A stretch of DNA of 64,000 bases from an uncultured Muribaculaceae bacterium (GTDB lineage Bacteria; Bacillota_I; Bacilli_A; RF39; UBA660), in contig CAZKFB010000002.1 of assembly GCA_964551965.1 (NCBI GenBank), positions 1,457 through 65,456 on the forward strand, written 5' to 3'. Below, piece after piece: positions 1-8,739 of the stretch (position 1 is the first letter of the stretch; every line of letters begins with the position of its first letter). A program made the position numbers and the translations under genes. The notes below the pieces were generated by a model that saw only the letters and a program-made list of their open reading frames with translations, had not been told where the DNA came from and did not search any database.

Positions 1-2
1 GT

Positions 3-134
3 GAAGACAATCAAAATCTAAGTAGTTTGGTAATGATAACGTTATTAGATAATACAAAAAGTTATCAAGAACGTATAAGTTTAGTTAGTGAAGAGTTAAG
101 AGGAGAACAAGCTAAAAAAACACTAAATGTTTAA
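3..134 (+). CDS. 3' end of an upstream gene, product unknown (partial at window edge)
   Basis: Frame 3 is open from the window edge to TAA at 132-134 (...SLVSEELRGEQAKKTLNV*). A hairpin plus T-run follows. It is absent from the ORF track because it has no start in the window. Confidence 0.4.
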   Translation, partial: EDNQNLSSLVMITLLDNTKSYQERISLVSEELRGEQAKKTLNV

Positions 135-136
135 AT

Positions 137-157
137 AGAGGTTAATGCCTCTTTTTT
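137..157 (+). terminator. Rho-independent terminator
   Basis: agagg-ttaatg-cctct hairpin followed by TTTTTT. Confidence 0.7.
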
Positions 158-224
158 AATGTCTAAAATTTGCTTTTTTTAAACTTTTGTGGTATCATAT
201 ACCGCAATTCAAGGGGGATTGGTT

Positions 225-689
225 ATGAACTTAGGTAGAATTATGGGGGTTATTCTATCTTTAGTATTCGCAGCATCATTCATAAATAATAATATAAATG
301 ATAAAAGTGATAGTAACCCATTTGAGTTAATAGGTGATAATGGTATTGTTACGGAGGAAAGTATTCAATTTGATAACTATTTAAACGAAGACAACAATAG
401 TAATGTTGAAGTTATCAAATACACTAATAATCAACCATATTCAATTTCCATAACATCAAGTGATGTTGATACAAATTGTAAAGGTTCCAATGAAAATGAT
501 GTCGAACTTGTAAGTAAAAACATGAAAGTAAGGGCATTATTTTCTCGATTAGATAGTAATATTAAATTCAGTGACATAACTATTAAACCTAAAGAGTCAA
601 TCTATATTTATGTTACGAATGAATATAATGGAGAATATCCTGGATCAGAAGTAACATGTAATTATAGTATTGATATAAGAGATTTCTAA
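225..689 (+). CDS. Small secreted or membrane-anchored hypothetical protein
   Basis: ORF 189-689. The ATG at 225 follows an AAGGGGGA Shine-Dalgarno sequence. N-terminal hydrophobic segment (GRIMGVILSLVFAASF). No recognisable catalytic motif. Confidence 0.6.
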   Translation: MNLGRIMGVILSLVFAASFINNNINDKSDSNPFELIGDNGIVTEESIQFDNYLNEDNNSNVEVIKYTNNQPYSISITSSDVDTNCKGSNENDVELVSKNMKVRALFSRLDSNIKFSDITIKPKESIYIYVTNEYNGEYPGSEVTCNYSIDIRDF

Positions 690-779
690 TAATTGACAAA
701 ATATACTGATTTTGTTATTATATTCAGCATAAGTTTGTGGAATTAGCAATCTTAAAGGAATAAAAAGTAGGGGGTATTT

Positions 780-1778
780 ATGAAAAGGGTTAGTAAATAC
801 TACAAAAAGTATAAGTCTCGTAGAAACAAACTTATACTTAAAGTTGTAGGAAAAACTGCTGCTTTCATAACATCTTTTGTAGTTGCTGGTTCTCTATTGT
901 TTCATGGATTTCATGGAATAAAAAGTTTATTTCCAGAAAAATCAACTGAAGAAGTAGAGATTGAAAATCAAGTTGAACAAGAAGTTCCTGAAGAAGTTGA
1001 AACCTCAGTTTCAAGTAATGAAATCGTAGAACCAATTGAAACAGCTGAAATTCCAACACCTACAGAAGAAGAAACAGTAGAAGAACAGGTTAGTTATTAT
1101 ATTGGTTCTGAACTATTAGATTCAGGATATGAATTTAAAGATGTTGACTTTGAAAAGTTAACTCAAGAAAACGATGATATCGTTGGTTGGGTTCAAATCG
1201 ATAATACCAAAGTTGACTATGCCATATATCAAGATGAAGATAATGAATATTATTCCCATCATGATGAAAACGGTAATTCAACAAAATCCGGTTCAATATT
1301 CCTAGATGCCAATAACGAATTGTTATCTAACCCAACAGAAGAACTTGATGATTTAAACTTTATTTATGGACATCATATGGCAAATGGCTCGATGTTCTCA
1401 GCAATATGTAGCTATAAAAAGCAATCATTTGTTGATGAAAATCCATTCTTTGTAATATATACAGATGATGGATATGCATATAAATGTGATATCTTTGCTG
1501 GAGTTTTATTCGATGGAGTTACTTCACATTTATATAATAATTATCAAGATTTCGCTGATGAAGAGAGTTTTCAAGAATATATCAATTATATAAATGAAAA
1601 TTCAATGATAACAACTGATGTCGAAGTATCATATGATGATAAAATAGTTGCATTAGTTACATGTTCATATGAAAACGGAATTAATGGTGATTTAAGATTT
1701 GTTGTATTTGCCAAAATGACAAAGCAATACACTGATGAAAATTCAGAAGAAATAAGATTAGAAAGAAAAATCAAATAA
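780..1778 (+). CDS. srtB: Class B sortase (N-terminal TM anchor, acidic linker)
   Basis: Class B N-terminal signature IVGWVQIDNTKVDYAIYQ. Catalytic His in IYGHHM, Cys in LVTCSY, and Arg 11 residues downstream (GDLRFVVFA). Confidence 0.85.
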   Translation: MKRVSKYYKKYKSRRNKLILKVVGKTAAFITSFVVAGSLLFHGFHGIKSLFPEKSTEEVEIENQVEQEVPEEVETSVSSNEIVEPIETAEIPTPTEEETVEEQVSYYIGSELLDSGYEFKDVDFEKLTQENDDIVGWVQIDNTKVDYAIYQDEDNEYYSHHDENGNSTKSGSIFLDANNELLSNPTEELDDLNFIYGHHMANGSMFSAICSYKKQSFVDENPFFVIYTDDGYAYKCDIFAGVLFDGVTSHLYNNYQDFADEESFQEYINYINENSMITTDVEVSYDDKIVALVTCSYENGINGDLRFVVFAKMTKQYTDENSEEIRLERKIK

Positions 1779-1793
1779 AAGGGAGAAGATAAT

Positions 1794-2537
1794 ATGAAAG
1801 AATTTAAAAAGTTAAAATTTTATTTGCCAATGTTAACATTAGCTGGATCATTAGCTTTATTACAACCTATTACTGTTTATGCTGAAGAAGAGGAAGAAAT
1901 TTTATATGAAGAAGAAGGAGAAGAATATTCCCAAGAAGCTATAGATAATAGTACTGCAGAAAATGTTCAAACAACTGCTGGACAAGATACTCAGGGGAAA
2001 ACTATTGAAGAAGCAACAGCTGAGAATAATGAAAATGCAGCAATAAATGCTGATGCTAATTTATACTTAGATAATACTAATTATTTCCCAGCAACAGATA
2101 CTTCTGAAAACCCAGGAGCATATATTCCAGAATCAGCACGAGATGAAGTTGATGCAAAACTAGGTAATCCAGGCGATAAACCAGGCGATAATCCAGGCGA
2201 TAAACCGGGCGATAATCCAGGAGGAAATCCAGAAACAGGAACACCAGAAACAGGAACACCAGAAACAGGAACACCAAACATTCCAATACCTAAAATGGGA
2301 ATTACATTGAATGATTATAATAAAAAGACATTAACAACAACTGGAGCATTGTTAGTTCTTGCAGCACTATATAAGTTAATTAAGACAGCAGCCTATAAAT
2401 TTAGTTCTAGTAGAGCATTAAAAGTTGTTGCCAAGAAAGAAAGTAAATTATCTAAAGAAAATAAAAAGAAAGCAAAGCAAGAAAAGAAAAAATTAAAGAA
2501 ACAAGAAAAGGAAAAAACAAAGGAATTAACAAAATAA
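1794..2537 (+). CDS. Secreted repeat protein with C-terminal TM segment and long Lys-rich tail; possible sortase B substrate
   Basis: Signal peptide and acidic N-terminus. Repeats (GDKP/GDNP)x4-5 and (ETGTP)x3. Then IPKMG, a hydrophobic segment (GALLVLAALY) and a roughly 50-aa K/E-rich tail. Starts 16 nt after srtB. Confidence 0.6.
   Translation: MKEFKKLKFYLPMLTLAGSLALLQPITVYAEEEEEILYEEEGEEYSQEAIDNSTAENVQTTAGQDTQGKTIEEATAENNENAAINADANLYLDNTNYFPATDTSENPGAYIPESARDEVDAKLGNPGDKPGDNPGDKPGDNPGGNPETGTPETGTPETGTPNIPIPKMGITLNDYNKKTLTTTGALLVLAALYKLIKTAAYKFSSSRALKVVAKKESKLSKENKKKAKQEKKKLKKQEKEKTKELTK
2164..2276 (+). repeat. In-frame tandem repeats (12-bp GDKP/GDNP units, then 15-bp ETGTP units)
   Basis: ccaggcgataaa/ccaggcgataat alternate 4-5 times, followed by gaaacaggaacacca three times. 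Confidence 0.85.
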
Positions 2538-2546
2538 TTCCTTTTT
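2521..2546 (+). terminator. Rho-independent terminator
   Basis: aggaatta-acaaaa-taattcct hairpin spanning the stop codon, followed by a T-run. Confidence 0.65.
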
Positions 2547-2631
2547 CTTTGACATATAATTAAATATAATAATGTAAATTAATAATTAAAACATTAAATA
2601 ATGTAGTATAATACAACTAGGTGGTGATAAT

Positions 2632-3624
2632 ATGCTAATATTAGCAAAATCAATATTAGCACTTACATTAGGTTTTGTAATAGCAATAGTAGTTGGAATA
2701 TTAATTATTCCAGTATTAAAAAAATTGAAGGCTGGCCAAAATGTAAGTAGATTTATTAATAAAAGACATTTAAAAAAAGAGGGAACTCCAACAATAGGTG
2801 GTTTAATATTTATAATTCCTCCAATAGTTGCTGTTTTATTATTGTACTTAAGGGGAAGTATTGAATTATCTTATAATTTAATAATTACAATATTTGTTTT
2901 CTTAAGTTATGCCTTATTGGGATTTATCGATGATTTCTTGAAGATTAGATATCACAATAATAAGGGATTATCGACAATAACTAAATTAGTTGCGCAATTA
3001 TTTATTGCTGTTATTTTCTATACGATATATAAATCTAATGGAGGAACGACAGTATTAGAGGTTTCCTTATTTGGAATTAAGTGGGATTTAGGATTTGCTT
3101 ATGGATTATTTATTCTATTCTTACTTGTTGGAACAACAAATGCTGTTAATATTAGTGATGGTCTAGATGGTTTATGTGGAGGACTATCAATCATGGCATT
3201 CCTAGCTTATGGAGTTATTTCTTATGGTAGTGATTGGATTCCTGGATATGATGGAATGGCAATATTCTCATTTGTTCTAGTTGGATCTTTGCTTGGATTC
3301 TTACTATTTAATTCGCATCCAGCAAAAGTATTTATGGGAGATACCGGATCGCTTGCTTTAGGTGGAGCATTAGCAACTATTGCTATATTAACTCATCACG
3401 AATTATCTCTTGCTTTAATTGGTGGAGTATTTGTAATAGAAGCATTATCAAGTTTAATTCAAATAATATCAATTAGAAAATTTGATAAAAAAGTATTCTT
3501 AAAAGCCCCTTTACATCATCATTTTGAAGAGTTAGGATGGCAAGAGACAGACATTGTTAAGATGTTTTGGACAGTTGGATTCCTACTTGCTATGTTTGGT
3601 GTAGTTTATGGAGTTTGGTTATAA
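2632..3624 (+). CDS. mraY: Phospho-N-acetylmuramoyl-pentapeptide transferase
   Basis: 330-aa polytopic protein with MraY hallmarks (GTPTIGG, NAVNISDGLDGL, FMGDTGSLALGG, PLHHHFE). AGGTGGTG Shine-Dalgarno sequence. Confidence 0.95.
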   Translation: MLILAKSILALTLGFVIAIVVGILIIPVLKKLKAGQNVSRFINKRHLKKEGTPTIGGLIFIIPPIVAVLLLYLRGSIELSYNLIITIFVFLSYALLGFIDDFLKIRYHNNKGLSTITKLVAQLFIAVIFYTIYKSNGGTTVLEVSLFGIKWDLGFAYGLFILFLLVGTTNAVNISDGLDGLCGGLSIMAFLAYGVISYGSDWIPGYDGMAIFSFVLVGSLLGFLLFNSHPAKVFMGDTGSLALGGALATIAILTHHELSLALIGGVFVIEALSSLIQIISIRKFDKKVFLKAPLHHHFEELGWQETDIVKMFWTVGFLLAMFGVVYGVWL

Positions 3625-3648
3625 AAGGATTTAAATCCTTTTTTTTTA
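3625..3648 (+). terminator. Rho-independent terminator
   Basis: aaggat-ttaa-atcctt hairpin plus T9. Confidence 0.7.
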
Positions 3649-3698
3649 CTTTTTCATCTGATTGTGCTATAATATAAAACCAATTGAAGGGGTTTAAT

Positions 3699-5276
3699 AT
3701 GAAAAAACAAAATAAGATAAGATTAATGAGTATCTTAATTAGTGTTTGTTTATCTTTAACTGGTTGTAATAGTCAAAGCAGTAAGTTTTGTGGTGATGAA
3801 AATTACAGTGAAGATGCAATAGAAGAAACAATTGAACCTAGTGAGATAATGCCGGAAGAAACTGAAGAACCTTCTTCTATAGAATCATATTATCTTTCCC
3901 AATTAAACTCTATTAATCCAAAATTTAATCATGAAGAATACTATTATGATATGGATTATTTGAAAACTTTACTTGATACAAATGAAACAATTGATGAATG
4001 TAGTTATAATTTTGATGGAAATATTGGTGGAGTAGTAGATCAGATAGTAATGAACTCTAAAGAATTTGTTAAAATAAATGAAAACTTTACTAATGTATTT
4101 GCCAATTATAATTATCGTGTTGCCATTACTAAATGTCTAAGAAACATAATAGATAATTGTGACAATGATTTAAATAGTGATTTCCATCAAATAAGTAGTA
4201 TGGCAATTGTATTTGGTGATGAGAATTATTTTTCAGCAGAAAATGAATCATTATTATATACAGCTATTTATGAAGACAATCTAAATATAATTATAATTAA
4301 TAAAAAATTAATAGAAAGTATAATAGAATATAATGAATATCCTGAAGCATCATTCATATACTATATAATTAGTCATGAAGTAAATCATACAAGACAAAAT
4401 GTTTGCCCATGCAATGAAGATTATGCTTATTCAAATTTTAACTATACCGATGAAGGCTATTCATTCTTAATGGAAGCTTCAGCTGAATCAGATCTATATA
4501 ATACAAGAGATTTTGAAGACATATTATTACAATTTTCCTATCAAGATGAGAGAAAATGTGAAGGAGAATTATTCCTTTTAAGTATTTTAAATAGTGAAGA
4601 TTCTAGCAAATATTATAATTCAATATTTGATATTGATTATGAAAAATTCTTTAACTTTTTCAACTTGACTACGGATGAAGAAAAATTGAATTTCTTAAAG
4701 ATAATAGAATCAATAGATGCTAAATATTGTCGAAATAGTATACCATATAATATATATGATGATGTTAGTAAAATAACTTATAATGATCTAATAAGTGAGA
4801 TAGGTTTTACCTATAAAGAACTATTATTTAAAGAATGTTTAATTAACTTAATCGAATATACAAAAGATAATCCTGATTTTTCTTTACAAGATAATCTTGT
4901 TGTTTTAAATATTATTAAATCATATTTAATAGATGAAACTTATACTTATGATGATAATAGTGAAGATATTAGAATAATATATGATACTGATACAATATCA
5001 AGTATTAGTCAAATGGAAAAGATATATATTAATTATTTAGTATCAAAATATAATACAACGGAAGAGAGTATTCGTGAATATGAATCAGTTGATATAAAAG
5101 TATTAATTGAAGCAATAATGGCCATTGCTGAAGGAGACGAAAATGATTATGGAGTATATACTTTATATGCTAAAGATCTAGTTTCTAGATTCCCAATGAT
5201 AATTCCTATCTTGCGTGCTAACACGGATTATTCATATAATACATATGAGGAAAGAATTTTAAAAATAAATGAATAA
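3699..5276 (+). CDS. Lipoprotein with HExxH motif (putative zinc metallopeptidase-like protein)
   Basis: The ATG at 3699 follows GAAGGGG. Lipobox LSLTGC. HEVNH motif with acidic MEASAESD about 30 aa downstream. No closer family recognised. Confidence 0.55.
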   Translation: MKKQNKIRLMSILISVCLSLTGCNSQSSKFCGDENYSEDAIEETIEPSEIMPEETEEPSSIESYYLSQLNSINPKFNHEEYYYDMDYLKTLLDTNETIDECSYNFDGNIGGVVDQIVMNSKEFVKINENFTNVFANYNYRVAITKCLRNIIDNCDNDLNSDFHQISSMAIVFGDENYFSAENESLLYTAIYEDNLNIIIINKKLIESIIEYNEYPEASFIYYIISHEVNHTRQNVCPCNEDYAYSNFNYTDEGYSFLMEASAESDLYNTRDFEDILLQFSYQDERKCEGELFLLSILNSEDSSKYYNSIFDIDYEKFFNFFNLTTDEEKLNFLKIIESIDAKYCRNSIPYNIYDDVSKITYNDLISEIGFTYKELLFKECLINLIEYTKDNPDFSLQDNLVVLNIIKSYLIDETYTYDDNSEDIRIIYDTDTISSISQMEKIYINYLVSKYNTTEESIREYESVDIKVLIEAIMAIAEGDENDYGVYTLYAKDLVSRFPMIIPILRANTDYSYNTYEERILKINE

Positions 5277-5300
5277 ACTACTTAAACAAGTAGTTTTTTT
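5275..5300 (+). terminator. Rho-independent terminator
   Basis: aaactactt-aaac-aagtagttt hairpin plus T-run. Confidence 0.7.
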
Positions 5301-5332
5301 CATAAATAATAAATAGATGAATATTTTATATT

Positions 5333-6415
5333 ATGAAAAGAAATATAATAATAACTGCTATAACTATATTTTTATGCTTATTTGGAATTGTTATGATTAC
5401 GTCTTCATCCTACTATTGGGCAGAATATAAGTTTAATAATCCATTTAAATTTTGTATTCATCAAAGTATCTTTGTAATTATAGGAGTATTTTTAATGTTT
5501 ATATTTTCTAAATTGGATTATAAGTTATTATATAAATATGCAAATCATTTATTGATTTTTTCTATTATTCTCTTAATACTGGTTTTAATTCCGGGAATAG
5601 GAGTAATAAGAAATGGTAGTAGAAGTTGGTTTGGAATAGGTCCTTTTGGAATTCAGCCTAGTGAAGTAGCTAAATTAGTCAGTATCATATTTGTATCCAA
5701 ATACCTATCTAACAATGATTCGAATATGAATAAAATAGTATCTTATTCATTTCCCATTCTTTTTATAGTGCTTTTAATATTTGCTCTAATATTATTAGAA
5801 CCTGATTTTGGAAGCGGAGCAATAATTGTTTTATCTTTAGTAGTACTTATTTTTACATCTAAAATAAAAATTTCTTTCTTTGTATATTTAGGATTTATCG
5901 GTATTGCTTTTATCGTTGTATTAATTGTATTAGCTCCATATCGAATGGCAAGAATAATAGGTTATTTAAATCCTTGGAGTGATCCTTTAGGAAGCGGATT
6001 CCAAATAATTCAAAGTTTATATGCTATTGGTCCTTCCGGATTATTTGGATTAGGGCTTGGAAACTCTATTCAAAAACATTTCTATTTGCCAGAACCCCAA
6101 ACAGACTTTATCTTTGCTATTATATCTGAAGAATTAGGAATAATAGGTATAGTTTTATTGAGTGTCTCTTATATTTTATTATTATATAATGTAATAAAGA
6201 TTTCTCTTTGTACAAAAGATTTATTTGGTAAATATTTATCTTTCGGATTAATTATAGAACTTGTATTACAAACATTACTTAATATATTAGTTGTAGTTGG
6301 GCTCATACCAGTTACGGGAGTTACTTTGCCATTCTTATCTTACGGCGGATCTAGTTTATTAATTTGTTTAATAATGATGGGAATAGTTTTAAATATTAAC
6401 AAAAATAATATATAA
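5333..6415 (+). CDS. SEDS-family peptidoglycan glycosyltransferase (FtsW/RodA/SpoVE)
   Basis: 360-aa polytopic protein with SEDS motifs (QPSEVAKL, EPDFGS, PEPQTDFIFA, PFLSYGGSS). Confidence 0.9.
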   Translation: MKRNIIITAITIFLCLFGIVMITSSSYYWAEYKFNNPFKFCIHQSIFVIIGVFLMFIFSKLDYKLLYKYANHLLIFSIILLILVLIPGIGVIRNGSRSWFGIGPFGIQPSEVAKLVSIIFVSKYLSNNDSNMNKIVSYSFPILFIVLLIFALILLEPDFGSGAIIVLSLVVLIFTSKIKISFFVYLGFIGIAFIVVLIVLAPYRMARIIGYLNPWSDPLGSGFQIIQSLYAIGPSGLFGLGLGNSIQKHFYLPEPQTDFIFAIISEELGIIGIVLLSVSYILLLYNVIKISLCTKDLFGKYLSFGLIIELVLQTLLNILVVVGLIPVTGVTLPFLSYGGSSLLICLIMMGIVLNINKNNI

Positions 6416-6421
6416 AAATGT

Positions 6422-6449
6422 AAAAACTCATGATAATATGAGTTTTTTT
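6422..6449 (+). terminator. Rho-independent terminator
   Basis: aactcat-gataat-atgagtt hairpin plus T-run. Confidence 0.65.
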
Positions 6450-6581
6450 AATTATATTGATTATATCTATAAAATAAATGTAGTATAATATGGATTTGTT
6501 AGGGTTATTCAATCTTGTTTTATTATTAAACTATTAAAAATGAATATTTAGCAAAACGAACATAATGAAAAGAGAGACAGT

Positions 6582-7697
6582 ATGAATAAGAATGTGGGTC
6601 AATATTTAAAAGAATTAAGAGAAAAGAAACATTTAAGTCAAAATCAATTAGCAAATAGATTACATATAAGTAGAAGCGTAATTGCTAAATATGAAACTGG
6701 TGAAAGAGAACCAAGTTTTAATATCTTAATTATTCTTAGCAAATTCTTTAAGATACCAATTACTGATTTAATTCCAATTTATGAACAAAATATAAAATCA
6801 AACAATACAAAAGATGTATTAAATTATTTATTAAAACAAAATAAGACTTTTAGAACTATAGTATTAACTTTAATTACTATTATTTTTATAATAATAGTAT
6901 CAGCAGTAATTTATATAAATGTTTTAAACTATGTATCAACAAAAGTTTATACGGTTGTATCGTTGGAAGATAATACCATAATTAAAGATGGAATATTGAT
7001 AACTACTAGAGACAAAATCTATTTATATTTAAATAATAGCATAGAAGAAGATGGAGCAGAAGAAATTAAGCTTTATTATTTAGATGGCAAAGATAAGATA
7101 TATGTATTTTCTACATCAGAAATTAATAATTTGATATTTTATGCCGACTTAAATGATGATGAATATATTAGTTTTAAAAATTTTAAAAAATTCTTCAACA
7201 ACTCATATTTAGAAATTTGTCACAAAAATAATACAACTGACGCAATTAAATTAAACTATGAATTTGATTATACAAATAATAATTTGGAAAGTGATGTAGA
7301 GAAAATAACTACAGAAGAACCGACAACAACACAGTCATTAGTAGAAGCATATGTTTTTGAGCAAAATAACAAATCGGAATTATATGATTTAGTAATGTCG
7401 CTTATGGAAGATTATAATTTAGAAACTTTTAATATTAGACAGGATAAAATAAATTATGAAGTGTTTATTGCAAATAACGATTTAAATATTTTCTTTAAAT
7501 ATAAAAAACATGAATACAATTTAGTGTATTCATATATAGATGGTTATGAAGAACTGAAATTAAATGATATAACAAATTCACCTAAAAGTTTATATTTAAA
7601 GAATTTGACTTCTATGGTATGTAATGGACCAAAGTGTAAAAACGTTAATAAAGATATTAAATTGATAAAAGAAATAGTAAATGAAATAAAAAAATAA
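6582..7697 (+). CDS. XRE-family HTH protein with a single TM segment and a large extracytoplasmic domain
   Basis: N-terminal HTH (LRSKKHLSQNQLANRLHISRSVIAKYETGEREPS pattern). TM segment (IVLTLITIIFIIIVSAVIYI). The 260-aa C-terminal domain has no recognised family. Confidence 0.7.
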   Translation: MNKNVGQYLKELREKKHLSQNQLANRLHISRSVIAKYETGEREPSFNILIILSKFFKIPITDLIPIYEQNIKSNNTKDVLNYLLKQNKTFRTIVLTLITIIFIIIVSAVIYINVLNYVSTKVYTVVSLEDNTIIKDGILITTRDKIYLYLNNSIEEDGAEEIKLYYLDGKDKIYVFSTSEINNLIFYADLNDDEYISFKNFKKFFNNSYLEICHKNNTTDAIKLNYEFDYTNNNLESDVEKITTEEPTTTQSLVEAYVFEQNNKSELYDLVMSLMEDYNLETFNIRQDKINYEVFIANNDLNIFFKYKKHEYNLVYSYIDGYEELKLNDITNSPKSLYLKNLTSMVCNGPKCKNVNKDIKLIKEIVNEIKK

Positions 7698-7698
7698 T

Positions 7699-7729
7699 GG
7701 GTTGTTCCGAAATGGAACAACCTGTTTTT
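7699..7729 (+). terminator. Rho-independent terminator
   Basis: gggttgttcc-gaaat-ggaacaacct hairpin plus gttttt. Confidence 0.75.
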
Positions 7730-7774
7730 GTGAATTTGTGCTATAGTTGAATTTAGAAAGGAGTAGAGAACAAA

Positions 7775-8521
7775 ATGGTTAAAAAGACTTTTGTTATTTT
7801 ATTAGTATCAATTATGTTTTGTGGTAGTGTTTCAGCAGAGTCATATTTCGAAAATGAAAACGGCGTTATTCTAACCAAGCCAGAATACGATTTTATAGTC
7901 GAATTATATCATGAAAATTATCCATCTGTAATTACTATGGATGAATATAATATATTAAAAGATAACAATATATTTGGTCAAGAAATTAAACATGTATCTA
8001 GTGACGATAACATGCCTAATCCTGGCATTAGTTTGTTGAGTGGCGATACTGGTTATCATGAAACTGATTATAAAAGATTAGATGTACAGTCAGCTTGCGG
8101 AACAAAATGTATGGTTTCAGCAAAATTAGTATGGAAAAAACTTCCTACAGCAAGAAGCTATGATTTATTTGGCGCAATGCAACTTGGATCAAGTGCACCA
8201 TCAGCAGTTACTTCTCATAAGTACATAAATGGAAATGCATCTACAGCAGTAGAATATATTACAACCAGTACTGGCGCTTCAGCAACGCACCGATTACCAA
8301 ATGATACTACTATTGGCTCTTTGGCATTTGATTTATCATTTACCATAGCTAAAAAAGGTAAAGTTGCAGTATCATATCAACATGCTAAGAAGAACATTAC
8401 TTTAGTTAATAGTCGTAAGTTTATTTTCAATAATAATGGATATGGACATGTTTATTTATTTGATCAAACTATCAGATCATACTATGACCAAATGTGTGGT
8501 GTAGAATTATCTTTAGTTTAA
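7775..8521 (+). CDS. Secreted hypothetical protein
   Basis: Signal peptide (ILLVSIMFCGSVSAES). No recognised domain. Confidence 0.6.
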   Translation: MVKKTFVILLVSIMFCGSVSAESYFENENGVILTKPEYDFIVELYHENYPSVITMDEYNILKDNNIFGQEIKHVSSDDNMPNPGISLLSGDTGYHETDYKRLDVQSACGTKCMVSAKLVWKKLPTARSYDLFGAMQLGSSAPSAVTSHKYINGNASTAVEYITTSTGASATHRLPNDTTIGSLAFDLSFTIAKKGKVAVSYQHAKKNITLVNSRKFIFNNNGYGHVYLFDQTIRSYYDQMCGVELSLV

Positions 8522-8739
8522 TTAATTCTTATTAATATTTTAGTAAAAATATGTAATATTGATTTTTAATATTAATACAAATACAAAAAAATTTTAGATA
8601 GAAACAAATCCCAACGACAAATCGATTTACTATTTAAACTTTATTGCATATTAATATTATTATATTGATGTAGATATTAAGAGCAAAGATTTCTTTTGCT
8701 CTTTTTTGTGTTATAATCTTATTATAAGGAAGTACGAAT

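Noticed and set aside
865-1059. Minus-strand and alternative-frame ORFs nested inside longer genes. Examples: 865-1059, 1586-1774, 2077-2286, 2081-2281, 8877-9143, 9936-10187, 10712-10966, 12887-13105, 16940-17122, 17174-17443, 17842-18087, 23148-23435, 23910-24098, 26021-26212, 28693-28986, 31898-32182, 32247-32453, 36798-37013, 38328-38522, 40352-40564, 42946-43137, 42965-43147, 45122-45310, 45968-46153, 46228-46425, 47055-47246, 47532-47738, 47651-47842, 49354-49674, 49367-49627, 49395-49610, 49632-49826, 52963-53175, 53321-53602, 54049-54234, 55147-55395, 55638-55862, 57959-58225, 59194-59388, 60714-61034 and 63287-63481.
   Set aside because: All lie entirely within, or antisense to, longer ORFs that have recognisable families or strong Shine-Dalgarno and start context. 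Their translations are low-complexity mirror images (Leu/Phe/Ile-rich, or repeat shadows), and none has a plausible ribosome-binding site.
2164-2276. A possible CRISPR-like or other non-coding repeat array at 2164-2276 and 26092-26145.
   Set aside because: The repeats are 12-18 bp, contiguous with no spacers, in frame, and translate to Pro-rich peptide repeats inside ORFs. No CRISPR array or cas gene is present anywhere in the window.
2286-2300. Declaring IPKMG a bona fide sortase B recognition motif.
   Set aside because: It lacks the conserved Thr and lies unusually far from the hydrophobic segment. It is reported only as a hypothesis in the findings.
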